Assembly (NCBI GenBank): GCA_951406725.2 | Contig: OX597814.1 | Coordinates: forward strand, 11,036,001-11,100,000 | Source of the DNA: Octopus vulgaris | Taxonomy: Eukaryota | Reading direction: 5' to 3' | DNA length: 64,000 bases | In this document: positions 28,572-41,887 of the stretch, piece by piece | Layout of the letters: every line of letters starts with the position of its first letter | How positions within the stretch are numbered: the stretch's first letter is position 1 | Translations under genes and position numbers: made by a program | Notes under the pieces: generated by a model | The model's database searches: none | What the model was told of the DNA's origin: nothing | What the model saw: only the letters and a program-made list of their open reading frames with translations

Positions 28572-29124
28572 TATTAGGAAATACATTTTTTATCGTATGA
28601 CTTATTGTACGTACTGTGTTTGAATGAATGTTATTGTTGCTGTTGTTATTATTTTTATTAATAAAAATAATAACATATTCCATATTCTATATCGTGTTTG
28701 TGTCATCAACATGGCACTCAAGAAGACGATTGCTGCAGACTAAACAACAATAAAAATCATAAAACACATCTTTAATACTTTGAAAATATTATCAAATTTA
28801 TATATTTTGCCGACGCAGCATGGTCATTGGCGACGGTGAGGGGTGAATGTGCAATTAGGGAGGGGGCCTGTTTATTATTCTGCGACTTGGTTTTCCTTGT
28901 CAATTGGAACCGCTTCCGCACCTTCCAACACTGGCACTAACATCAGCACCATCAGCACAATGCTTTTCAAAACATTATTTGGTGCTTACCCAATAAATCA
29001 ATATTTAAGTAAACCAATGAGGGAACTTGCACCTGGTCGTTCGACGTGCTAGAATTAACAGCCATATTTCTCTCAAATCGTGTTCTACAGCCTTAAGAAA
29101 ATTACGGGTATTTTGGATAATAAT

Positions 29125-29362
29125 CTCTTTTACTCTTTTACTTGTTACTGTCATTTGACTGTGGCCATGCTGGAGCACAGCTTTTAGTTGAGCAAATCGA
29201 CCCCAGAACTTATTCTTTGTAAGCCTAGTACTTATTTTATCGGTCTCTTTTACCGAACCGCTTAGTTACGGGAACGTAAAAGCACCAGCATCGGTTGTCA
29301 AGCGATGTTGGGGGAACAAACACAGACACACAAACATATACACACATACATACATACATAGG

Positions 29363-29427
<65 letters not shown>

Positions 29428-29478
29428 CAAACATATATCTATATATATATCTATATATATATATATATAACATACATA

Positions 29479-29527
<49 letters not shown>

Positions 29528-29532
29528 CATAC

Positions 29533-29563
<31 letters not shown>

Positions 29564-29718
29564 CGACGGACTTCTTTCAGTTTCCGTCAACCAAATCCAC
29601 TCACAAGGCTTTGGTCGGCCCTAAGCTATAGTAAAAGACACATGCCCAAGGTGCCACGCAGTGGGACTGAACCCGGAATCTTGTGGTTCGTAAGCAAGCT
29701 ACCTACCACACAGCCACG
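29125..29718 (-). mobile_element. SINE family 1 with expanded internal microsatellite, splitting an older repeat (about 29010-29810)
   Basis: Family-1 match; flanks continue the cgttcgacgtgctagaa...tgctcgatc..ggg.ctaa..aac repeat also seen at 23790-24065 and 34096-34330. Confidence 0.88.
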
Positions 29719-30065
29719 TCCAAGATGTATTCAAAAGAGGCAGGATGCTCATGATTGAAATGTCTTTGATTATACATCTGCTCGATCTGGGTCTAAGCAA
29801 CGACAATGAAGATTATATATCATTGATGCCCAAGTGACGTACAGCAGGAGGTAAGATCCTGGCTTACTTCAGTAAAACCGCTACCAGTTTTTAGTTAATC
29901 TGCTGATGGATCCATTTCATCTCAGTTACAGCAATGATCTTGGTTAATTTATGAATATTCATAATATACTAAAACTAGCAGCATCAGCGCAAAGCAGTGA
30001 TTAGGAATAGACGAACCTTTAGAATAGCTAAAACATGTTTGTGACATATTTTAACTTCTATAGCA

Positions 30066-30292
30066 ATTTCTTTACTACCCACAAGGGGCTAAACACAGTG
30101 AGGACAAACAAGTACAGACAAACGGATTAAGTCGATTATATCGACCCCAGTGCGTAACTGGTACTTATTAAATCGACCCCGAAAGGATGAAAGGCAAAGT
30201 GGACCTGGGCGGAATTTGAACTCAGAACGTAACGGCAGACGAAATACGGCTACGCATTTCACCCGGCGTGCTAACGTTTCTACCAGCTCGCC
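30066..30292 (-). mobile_element. SINE family 2
   Basis: Matches 36491-36720. Confidence 0.9.
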
Positions 30293-31171
30293 AGCGGTTC
30301 TCAACCATTGTTTTTGTTGTTTATTTTTGCCTACGACCACCCTAATATACCAATTTTATTCAGGTGGACCCTCATAGCCATTTTGATGTTTAAAAAAATC
30401 CTATTATATTTTTATAATTAAATATTATTAAGAATTTTATTTAAAAAATTGTTAGAATATTTTATGTAAAAATGATTACAGGTAAATTCCTCACAATCAA
30501 TTCATTACAGGAGAGTTCAACGCCGTCAATTCTCTGTGAAGAAATTTCGCTGCGAGGAAAGGTCGGCGCGAAGAAAGTCGACCGAGAAAATATATCCATA
30601 GTATCTCATCATAAGGTGCAGGAGTGGCTGTGTGGTAAGTAGCTTGCTTATGAACCACATGGTTCCGGGTTCAGTCCCACTGCGTGGCACCTTGGGCAAG
30701 TGTCGGGCCGACCAATGCCTTGTGAGTGGATTTGGTAGACGAAAACTGAAAGAAGCCCGTCGTATATATGTATGTATGTATGCGTGTGTATGTGTCTGTG
30801 TGTCTGTGTTTGTCCCCCAACATCGCTTGTCAACCGATGCTAGTGTGTTTGCGTCCCCGTAACTTAGCGGTTCGGCAAAAGAGACCGATAGAATAAGTAG
30901 TAGGCTTACAAAGTAGAAGTCCTGGGGTCGATTTCTTCGACTTAAGGCGGTGCTCCAGCATGGCCGCAGTCAAATGACTGAAACAAATAAAAGAGTAAAA
31001 GAGTAAATAGTTAAAACTATCTTATTCAAAAAAAGAAAACCTAATTCAAATTCAAATTCATTGCGGTGAATTGATGACGGTGAAGTTACAGGACATGTAT
31101 AGAAATATAACCAATTTATTGCATCAATTTTAACAACAAACTCTTATATGGACCCCCGTTGAGAAACATTG
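30292..31171. mobile_element. Possible hAT-type non-autonomous element with nested insertions
   Basis: Termini cagcggttctcaac / gttgagaaacattg, right flank ttctaaaa; left TSD not visible. Confidence 0.45.
30615..31005 (+). mobile_element. SINE family 1 (another decayed copy at about 31505-31840)
   Basis: Matches 17851-18298. Confidence 0.9.
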
Positions 31172-32187
31172 TTCTAAAAGTAAGTTCACTACAGTTACTA
31201 TGGAGAAAAAAATTCTTTTATTTTTAAAAGGTGTAAAAACACATCAACCTCGTGCTTCACTCGAACGGATTGCCAGAACTGCATTTCTAGCTCTTAAGTC
31301 TTCCTCAATAGGTAAAACCGAAGGGAGATAACCCTGGGCAAATTCAATGCAGTAGTTTTAACTATCAACAAAAATGCAGGGCTATTGTACGTACACTTTT
31401 GTTTGATTTTACTTTTCTAGAAAGTGGAGTATGAGAATTCGGAAGAGGGTTCACAAATTGCTGTTTAAGAATACTGAGATAATTTTTGAATTTTTAAACA
31501 AGGTTCAGGCATAGCTGTAAGGTTAAGAAATCCGCCTTGCAATCACAGCGCTTCCAGTTCAATCTCACTGTGCGGCACTTTGGTCAAGTGTCTTCTACTA
31601 TCGACTAGTGTTGATCAATGCCTTATGACAGAAGCTCGTTGTGTATATGTGGGTGTATGTGTATGCGTGTTTCTTTTGTGTTTGTCTCTCTTCAGCTTGA
31701 CAACCGGTATTGGTTTGCTTATGTCACTGTTACTTAGTGGTTCGGCCATTTGACCGGTAGAATAAATAACATATTTGCACTTAAGTCAATTTGCTCGATT
31801 AAATTCTTCAAGATTGTTGGTGCCCAATCATGGCCGCGTAGTGGAAACTTTTGCTCCAAATGTTACTGCTTGTATGAAATATATTACAATGTACTAACTT
31901 TTAGTTACCTTCTTAAAATAATAATTCAATTCTTACTTTATATTCTTACAAAACTATACTTAGCTCTGACTCATTAAAACTGTAATCAAATTCTACTATC
32001 TTTAATTTTTTGTGTTATGAAATATCTTGGACTAGAATGTGTTGTGATAATGCAATATTTTCCCCCAAACATTAGGAATTATCTTCTTGTGTATGCCAAA
32101 AAGACTCAATGAGTTCCACTGAGAAACCTTTCTTGATAATCGCAGCTGAATGATTTTTTTCTTTTTTGTTTTTCAAAATCACTTATA

Positions 32188-32664
32188 TTACGTTTCGATA
32201 GGTGACTGATCCGCCTGTTTTCACGAGGTTTTGCTCGTGATGATGTTCCGGAGGCAACTGTTCCCAAGTGCTTGGTGTTTGTCGATGGAGAACTTTGTGG
32301 TTCGCCTTGTTTCCCATTGCATACAACAGAGCTTTCTTTACGTTCATGTTAAAGGTCCTTATTTTGTGTTTGTTCTCCAAATAGCTATGAACATCTTGAA
32401 ATCAAGTGTAGCTTTTCCAGTCTTTGTTCTTTATAACTGCTTTAGACACACACTACGGAAATCTGTTTCTGACATCACGAGGCAAGCTCTCTGATGGACA
32501 CTCCAAGGGAAACACAAGCGTGGCAGAACAAAATCAATATGGAGAAACGGAAGCACTTGTAGGTAGCTAAAACTGAGTGCTGTAGCAATCCATTACCAAA
32601 AATGAGGCAGATGATCTCTCGTAGCCACACTCTGCTCTCCATGGAGTTTAAAGCTTAAGCCAAA
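32188..32664. mobile_element. Decayed RTE LINE 3' fragment with 5' inversion
   Basis: Minus 32444-32188 reads KIRTFNMNVKKALLYA..ET..CLRNII..QSPIE; plus 32445-32660 reads HTLRKS..ITRQAL*W..QGKHKRGR; TSD-like cacttata at 32180-32187 and 32665-32672. Confidence 0.78.
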
Positions 32665-33862
32665 CACTTATAATACCTGAGACCCTACCATCTGCCTTTC
32701 GTATACGGAACGCACGGCCCTTGGGTATTTTCCCTCAGTTATAGTTTTAATATTCCTAATCGGCCTCACTATACACCCTCCATTTCTAGTCTTAGTCAAC
32801 TAAATATACTATACTTCCTTGAGAAAATGTATAATAAGGCAAAATATGTCGGTTGCATTTATCATTTTGCTTTAAAGACCAGAACTACTCCAACACGTAT
32901 CGTTGCTATGGTCTGAAAATTATGGTCAATTGTCATTACTGGAGTTATCTCCCCTGCTTGTTATCTTAAGATTTTTCGACCCTAAATTGCTTAGATATTT
33001 TCCACAGAAATTTTTTTTTTTGTTCAACTCACTATATTACATTCGTCAGACGCTACCTCATTTGTATTTAGCATGCAGAACGCTTCCTTGATGGGTTTTT
33101 TTTCTTCTTATCCCTATCATTGATCACAGTTCTGCTCAATCAGGACCAACAAGAACTAATAGATACTTAATATCATTCTTTAAAAAAAAAAAGTAGAATA
33201 GGACGAAACGAAATAAAATAATATATTAATAAAATAAATAAAAAATTATAAAAAAAAAACACACGAAAGATAAAAAAAAAGAAACAGAGAAATGAAAACT
33301 CAGTGGGTGGTCCGTGTCTGCCGGCAAGTCGCCTGGGCAACTTTCGACCTTAGTTTTAAAACAGTATTTAGTGTCAAACTGACGCATATACTCATCTATC
33401 TATCTAAGCTGGTCAATGAATGAAGTCACAGACATCTTGCTTTTATGACTTTCAGCACCGGAGAGGGAGAGGGAGGGGGAGCAAGAGTGAGAGATAGTAA
33501 CAGAAAAGGGTAAAGGTGTGGGGGGGGGGGGAATGAGGAAAAAGTGGGATCGAGTGAGAAAGCGGTGAGGGAGAAGTTGTTCTCTTGTCATTGTGTTGCG
33601 GTGGTGACGATGGGTAATGGCGGCGTGGTGTTGATGAATGCTGTAATTGATGGTGAGACGTCCTTCTGTCTTCCCTTACCCGTTACTCTGCATTCTCCGC
33701 CTTTCCCTCCACATCATCGTGACCATCATCATCATCATCATCATCATTGTTGTCGTTGTCATTATCACCACCAGCAACACCACAGCCATCATCACCATTA
33801 TCATCATAATGAACTGGGCCGCAGACAACTTGATTATTTTACTTTCAGCACAAATAAAGAGG

Positions 33863-33902
<40 letters not shown>

Positions 33903-34095
33903 AGAGGGACGGACGGACGGAAAAACGGAGGGACGAAGGGAGGAGAGTGAAAGAAGAGAGAGAGAGGGGTTTGAGAGAAAAAGAAAGAAAGAAAGAAAGA
34001 AAGAAAAAAGTAAGAAAAAAGAAAGTAAGAAAGAAAAAGGAGAACCGGGAAAAGGACATGAAAAAAGTGTGACAAAGAATATTGTTATTTTCCTT

Positions 34096-34330
34096 GTTGT
34101 TGTTGTCACTTGTTCTTTAGCCCCAAGTCATCCATTTTCGAGCAGACCTATCATGAAAAGCATTCCAGCCGTGACCATCCCGTCATTGTACAGAGTGCCC
34201 AGGACTACGTAATCCAACATGTCATTTTCTAAGACGGCAGGCAAGGTGTAATTTGAAGGAAATTTAGTTGTTATTTCTAGCATTCTAAGCGAGCACGTTG
34301 GCTTGCGTGATTTTACCGCTGTCATGTTAG
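34096..34330 (-). repeat. Older SINE/LINE-tail-like repeat ending in (AAC)n
   Basis: Minus strand tgctagaaataacaactaaat...gtcacggctggaatgcttttcatgataggtctgctcga...ggggctaaa. Confidence 0.6.
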
Positions 34331-34439
34331 AGGTGATGATTGTGGAGAGGAATGGCAGGGGTGGTTTTCGGTAGTTTGATGAATGTTTGCAAAAGTGCTA
34401 ACACCATCACCGACCTCATCATCAAAATACCCCTCCCCT

Positions 34440-34564
34440 TCACATCAAAATCATCATCACCATCTTCATCATCATCATCATCATCATATTCGTCATTATC
34501 ATAAATTTCGTCATTGTCGATATGATACTCATCACCATCATTATCATCATCGTCATCATCATCG

Positions 34565-34597
<33 letters not shown>

Positions 34598-34758
34598 CCA
34601 TTAGCAGTAGCATTGCCATCCACTTTATCATCATCCTCATTATCATCGTTATCATCAACGTAGTCGTCCTCATCGTCTTCATCGTCATCACCATCACCAT
34701 CATCATCATCCTCATTACCATCGTCTTCCTCGTTGTCGTCGTCGTCGACATCATCATC

Positions 34759-34813
<55 letters not shown>

Positions 34814-35012
34814 ACATCATTATCATTATCATTATCAACATCATTATCATTATCGTCAACATCATTATCGTCATTATCGTCATCATTATCATCATTATCA
34901 TCATCATCATCATCATCATCATCAACATCATTATCATTATCGTCAACATCATTATCGTCATTATCATCATTATCATCATCATTATCATCATCAGCACCAT
35001 CATCGTTATCGC

Positions 35013-35065
<53 letters not shown>

Positions 35066-35200
35066 ACACCATCATTGTCATCGCCATCGTCATCATCATC
35101 ATCATCATCATCATCATCGTCATCATCATCGTCATTATCGTCAACATCAACACCATCATTGTCATCGCCATCGTCATCATCATCATCATTACCATCATGA
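34440..35200. repeat. Degenerate (ATC)n trinucleotide tract
   Basis: Direct; source of the poly-I/S/M/D ORFs. Confidence 0.95.
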
Positions 35201-36490
35201 AAACCAACATCAATAAGATCATAGTAGTTGTGACAATGAATGCTGTGGTGATACTGGCTACAAAAGTGTTCCTCTTTGATTTGCTAACAATGGCTGCTGA
35301 CATCTCGTATACGGCAAATGAGATCTCGTTGCAAGTACATCGTTGATTGTTGTATAGGCACAGACAACGATGTATTTGTAAGAACCAATCTACGAGAATC
35401 TAAACCGACGTTGGAAAGCAAGTCCGATAATACGTAAAAACTAATGCCGTACACAAAAAATGCCCAAATAGATGTAGTATTCTGTACGTGTTCTGGTTTG
35501 CCACTCAAAATGTACGCGTATAGCAAAATGACGCCATCAACAGGACCTTGCCGTTGTTCAACATCCAGCCACACAAATGGGAAAAGTTAAGGGGATATTC
35601 TTGAGATATGGAGTCAAGTGTGTAGAGAAAGAAGCGTTGCTGTGGATCGCATAATACATGAAACAGTTGAAGGATGAACAAGGTTAGGAACGCAAATAGA
35701 TGGTTTATGACTGTCTCCATAACTTCAGCACTGGTTTCGTGACCGACGATTCATATCAAACATCTGAAGGAAGATTTGTGAAAAATGGGAATATCAATAA
35801 CGTCAATGAAAATCCTTGGAAACGTCTTCAACAACAAGGAAGAGATAAAGAAGGGAGGGAAGAAAGAAAGAAAGAGGAAGAAAATGTGAGGGATTATACA
35901 TGCCTACATACATGTTTGTGTGTGTGTGTGTGTCTTTTGATGAGTATGTTTTCGTCTGTAATATAGTCAACACGTGTGAACAAATGAACAGAAACGCGTA
36001 TGAGCAGTTTGAGTGCATGAACATGTTCGTGAGTATGTATGTAATGTGATGTGTGTGTGCTTGTATTTTAAAGTAGTTAGAAACACCGTATCTGATTAGA
36101 ATTATATTCCAGTTTACAAAGCCAGATCCAGCACACATGGAAAAACATTTTTCAAAATTATCACTTGTATTTAAATGAAGCCACAACATATTATCAATAG
36201 AAAAAGTAACCTTTTTCTCTTCCTCTCTCCTCCTCCTTCTCCTCTTCCTTCCTCCTCCAACACTCTTTGTCTGTCTGCCCCCCTGTCTCTCTCCTACTGT
36301 TTGTTTTCTTTTCTTTGTCTATCTGTCTGTCTCTCCCCAGAGTTCTCCTTTCGCTCATTCTCTAGCTTTCTCTTGTCTTCCTATCTCTTCATATTTCGTC
36401 TTCATTCCAAGAAGCCTCTTGAAATATGGTGGCCTCTATGCGGCGTGCACACATACACACATGCATGTATATATATTTATATAAACATAG

Positions 36491-36720
36491 GGCGGCGAGC
36501 TGGCAGAATTGTTAGCACACCGGACGAAATGCGTAGCCGTATTTCGTCTGCCCTTACATTCTGAGTTCAAATTCCGCCGAGGTCGACTTTGCCTTTCAAC
36601 CTTTCGGGGTCGATAAATAAAGTACCAATTTCGCACTGGGGTCGATGTAATTGATTTAATCCGTTTGACTATCCTTGTTTGTCCCCTCTGTGTTTAGCCC
36701 CTTGTGGGTAGTAAAGAAAT
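36491..36720 (+). mobile_element. Full-length SINE family 2 with 16-bp TSD
   Basis: TSD atatttatataaacat at 36473-36488 and 36721-36736. Confidence 0.92.
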
Positions 36721-37369
36721 ATATTTATATAAACATGTATACATGATGCATATATATATAATTAATATACACCTTAGATTAAAAAATACTGGCATATGTA
36801 CACGCTTATGATGCGTATACAGACATGGAACGGCGCTAACTGTAATATTTTATCGCAGACAGACTTATACAGACCTACGTTTTAAAAACACAGAGCTTCA
36901 CAGAATTTTGGTGGATTGCCAGACTCGGTGTTCGGCCTGATTTGGTCTCTCCGGTGGCAATTACCCGGATATTCCGTGCTAAGCCGAAAAACATTTTTTG
37001 CGAAATAGATATGGGTAAACATTTACTGATGTGTGAGAAAGCTACCATAGCAAAAATCAAATTAATATACGTACTCGAAACAGCTTTGTGTATACTGGCA
37101 TATATACACATTAAAAATGTGTATACATTGTGTATACAGAGAAGTTTTCAGTTTTATTGGCTGGAATTGGATCAAACTTTAGTGTAAACTTAATACTTTC
37201 TTTAAATCTGGTCTTCTCCAGCATTTCCTTGCATTAAATGTTACTTTGGGGATATTTAGCTGATTAAAATCTTGAAAATTGCTGCAGTGGTGCTAAGAAA
37301 GTGGATGGTCTGTGAAAATTGGGCTTTGCATTGTTTTTGAATGGGATCTGCTGACATGGGCTAAGACCT

Positions 37370-38141
37370 CTGGTAACACCTAAAACGTTAATTGTCGTTA
37401 TTATTTTAGTTTCACTAATTTTGATCAATTGTTTTTTAAGAGTTACTAATTAGGTCTTTCTTTTATCCAAATTTCGTCTATTTATGTTGTTAGAAGTAGC
37501 TTTGCTATCATCTCTGTGGAGGCCTATGTCTACACTGTTGCATCTAGACTTAAGCTTCTCTGGACTGAATATTCCATCTAAATCTTTGCTCTGTTTACGT
37601 ATACCAGTCTAACATCAAATGCATTTTTAGTTTCTTTCACCTATATAAAGTCCCTGTTAAAGAAACTGACTTTCTCATGTACATGATTATGTCGTTAGTA
37701 ATAGCATCAATATCACAATGAGTCATATCAAATTCCATGGTCCTACCAAGGAAAGGCTTCATAATTTTCGTGTCCAGATCGGCAATATCCCTCTGAGTGA
37801 ATTTTGTATCCGTTGTTATTGCTAACTAGCAGTATCGCCCGGCGTTGCTCGCGTTTGTTTCGACCCTTTTGAACTGGAATTTTTGAAAAGTAAAAATTTT
37901 GCATTATGTAGCTTGTTATTCTCTTTAAGTGAAAATTTTTCTGGTTGAAATACACTTAAAAATAGCGACACAGCAGTCAAAAAATCGTAAAAAATAGAGA
38001 TTTTCATAGAAAAAAAACACCTAGGGAATGAAGAGCCTTCTTCTATCATACTCTCAATTTTGGTCAACTTGCGCCGCAGGGTCTCGAAGGAGATAGTGTT
38101 AGTTGAAGGCTACCAAACCTGCCACACACAGACAACTTCAG

Positions 38142-38183
<42 letters not shown>

Positions 38184-38750
38184 AATTTAGTCAACTACTG
38201 TACTGGTGCTATTATATGGTCACAGTGTGATGGTATTTCTAATTTTGATATTAATGTGTTTGCTGACGTTACCAAAGTCATTCTTAGCAGGACTTGTTAT
38301 CCAGCGTTTGAGGTTTGCTTAGATGTTATCTTTGTGATCATGAAACGTTACATAGGAACGCATTTGGCTAAATATGCCACTTCTTAAATCTAGTTTGAGT
38401 TTCATCTATTATTTTTGCTTCGTATTTAATAATACGACAGGTACTTGAGGCGATTGTTATGTGATATAGATGATGAAATGCTTAACATGAGTGACTTTAT
38501 CTAGTTCGTAGAGATTTTTCATTTCGCCTGCAAGACATATAAATTTTGTTAGAGTTCTTAATGGTCATAATATCAATATAGAAAGTTGCAAGTATATGGG
38601 GTTTTTCTATAAATCATACTGTAGTTCGGTCTTGGAGTTCTGTTTCCAAATTCTTTACTGTGGGGTGTGGCATTTCGGTTTTTATTCAGAATGTGCATCT
38701 TAATGAGGTCGAGTAGCAGTTTTCGTAAAAGTATCCCTTCCAGTTCGTTC
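37370..38750 (-). pseudogene. Heavily decayed Penelope-like (GLYRDDG-type, Naiad-like) reverse transcriptase
   Basis: Colinear remnants by manual translation: AGEMKNLYEL, IKYEAKII, YVTFHDHKDN, SPAKNDFGNVSKHI, FTQRDIAD, IIMYMRKS, VKETKNAFDV, DIGLHRDD, INVLGVT; many stops and frameshifts. Confidence 0.7.
37826..38155 (-). mobile_element. Non-autonomous Helitron inserted in the decayed Penelope-like RT
   Basis: 3' end gagcaacgccgggcgatactgCTAG|T and 5' tatataaagctgaagttgt resemble 27663-28060; different interior; 5' TC lost in (TA)n. Confidence 0.82.
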
Positions 38751-38934
38751 TTTTCACGAATTTTCCGCGTTACTGACTAGACATTTTATGGAGATTTTCA
38801 GATAAGTAAAAGAATATAAGTACAGCTGATGTTTTATTCGCTGTAGTAAGAAAAAAGAGATCGATTTTATTAGTCTCAGCATATAAAAATGGTTCATCAG
38901 AGATATGTAACTTATTTCAGCCTACAATGAATTT

Positions 38935-39329
38935 AATTCTTTCTAATATAAGCACAAGGCCTCTAATTTGTGAGAGAGGGATAGGCGACTACATCGATTC
39001 AGTACTTGACTGGTGCTTAATTTATCGACCCCGAAAGGTTGAAAGGTAAAGTCGACCTCAGCGGAATTTGAACTCAGAACGTAGCGGCAGACGAAATACC
39101 TATTTCTTTACTACCCACAAGGGGCTAAACACAGAGGGGACAAACAAGGACAGACATAGGTATTAAGTCGATTATATCGACCCCAGTGCGTAACTGGTAC
39201 TTATTTAATCGACCCCGAAAGGATGAAAGGCAAAGTCGACCTCGGCGGAATTTGAACTCAGAACGTAGCGGCAGACGAAATACCGCTACGCATTTCGCCT
39301 GAGGTGCCAACGATTCTGCCAACTCGCCA
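38935..39329 (-). mobile_element. Tandem pair of family-2 SINE units
   Basis: Full unit 39329-39101 followed by a headless unit starting gtatttcgtctgcc with the alternative tail. Confidence 0.88.
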
Positions 39330-40187
39330 CTTTAGTCTACAGTAAATTTGATAGCGAATAAAACATGCATTCTGAAACAGACGCCATTTGTTTTGTCTAA
39401 TTTTCAGAACAATGCTTCTGTTGGCACTGTCATTTCATTAATTGTAGAACCGTACGGTGATGGGATAAGTTTTAAGAGAAAGGCAGAGGGAACTTATAAA
39501 CGTTCGACTAAATGCGGTGCTCCCGCATGGCCACAGTCAAATGACTGAAACAAGTAAAAGAGTATATATACGTCTATCTATCTCTCTTTCTCGCCATGTC
39601 TCATATTCCGCTACATACATACAGAAACATGCAAAGACATGTAAAATTAAAAGTCACGTGTCACACATGCAATGACCAGAAACGCATTGTCTCTCACTCC
39701 CTCACCCTCATAAATTCCCCATCTTCTCTTCCCCCATACCCTATTTCCTCGCCCTCTGCTATTCTCTTTCCCTCATTGCTCAAACACAGACACAAACATG
39801 GTCAAGCAGACATAATTACACACATACATGTACCTTCACAAAGGACATACATGCAATGGCCTTATCCCCCATCCTCACTCACTTGCCTATAATCTAGTTT
39901 CACAAATCAAAGTCATCTTCATACCGTTGCATGTAGTTTACACATAATATCTTTCAGATTTAAGTACAAAAAAATATATAACATTAAAAACAATGAATAC
40001 ATGAACCGCCTGGCCAATTCATGCTTGACGAAGGATATTCATGAACGCATATGTACCTAGTTACAAATATAAATGTGTGTGTGAGTGTGTGTGTATGTGT
40101 GTATTTGTGTGTATGTGCGTAAGTGTGCAATTGTATGTGTGCGTGTGTGTGTATGTGTATGCTTGTATAATAATAGACCTATATATG

Positions 40188-40234
<47 letters not shown>

Positions 40235-40295
40235 GTATATGTATATACATATGTGTATATATATATATACATATATACATATACATATATATACA

Positions 40296-40333
<38 letters not shown>

Positions 40334-40448
40334 CAAATACATATATATATATGCATATATATACATATATATACATATATGGATATGCATATACATATTG
40401 ATATATGTATATATATATGCATGTATATATATGTATATATAGGTATGA

Positions 40449-40533
<85 letters not shown>

Positions 40534-40652
40534 GGTATATGGCCAGATAGCTGAATGGAGAAATAAATTGATGAATAGAAAGACTAACAGACTGACAGAT
40601 ATAGGCTGATAAACAGTTAGACAGACAGACAGACAGACAGACAGATAGATAT

Positions 40653-40722
40653 GTTTCTTTATTAGCCACACAGGGCTGCACACAGATAGAACAAATTACA
40701 AGGTAGAGCTTTTCTTTTGAAG

Positions 40723-40756
<34 letters not shown>

Positions 40757-41887
40757 AGGGGGAGTTTCGATCAAAAGGGATCGTAAAAGGAGAGAAAGAG
40801 GACAAAAAAAGGGGGTTAAAAAAAGGGGGAGAGGAAAAAAAAATTGATCAATAGGGATCGTTATCACAGAAATGTCAATATGAAGTGTAAAGGGGAGGAC
40901 AGGTGAGGTTTACCCGTGGAAAGAAAAGCCTACGGAAAAGACCACGGTAACCTCGGTCAATGAAGTCACATTTTATATTTCTTTTTTTTTTTTTTTTGCA
41001 AATAAGCAACTCTCTGTTTTCGATTTCTGGGTTCATAGGACTATGCTCAAGGTGGCTTCGTCATTCATACGTGCCATTCTTGCTACATTCACCCATCTTT
41101 TTTTAAAACATTCGCTAGACAAAACTTGCCTCTCTACTCTCACTTTCCTTTTCAAGTGGTACTTGAAGAAGTTGATGAGAGATTGACCAGAGAGGAAAGT
41201 GTTTGTCTCCAATCCTTTCAGACGCGTCCACCAGATACATTCTTTCGCCATAGCCACAAGGATGATGAAAATAGCTCTTCCTTCCCGTTTGAAGGAAGGA
41301 GGCGTGACAATATTGACGATAGACTCAGCTGATAAACCGACTCGTCCCACACGTGACAGCAGTTGTTCGACATAAGCCCACAGGTCGGAAATTGTTGGAC
41401 ACTGAACGAGTGCGTGCAGAACGGTTTCGTCGCTCTGACCGCATCTCGGGCAGGTCGGCCCCGTGTTTCTCGAGCCGTGTCTGTAGAGCTTATCCCGAAC
41501 GGGTAGCGCTTCTCGGTAGCACTGCCAGGCCAGGGATCTCTGGAAGTTGTCCATGGGCCCTGGCCCGAAAGTCGTCCTGAACAGGCGGGTCAGGTACTCC
41601 TCGTCGACGTCCAGGTTCGCCCCGAGCTCGTCGTCGTACCTCCCCTCCACTAAACCCCTATAGAATGCTTTGGTTGTGTTGAAGTCACTTAAGGTCGACC
41701 CAGGACGGCAGAGTTGCTTGAGAGCAACGCGACACTCGCGGTGCCATTCGCCCTTCCTCGGCCTCTTTTTGATCCACGACTGCAGTTCGGTCATGGAGGC
41801 GAGCTGCGGGAAAGCGTGCCTCACAAACGGCGACCACACCTGTTCACCGTCGTCTACATAGAGCCAGAGATGCCGCAGTCTCAGCGC

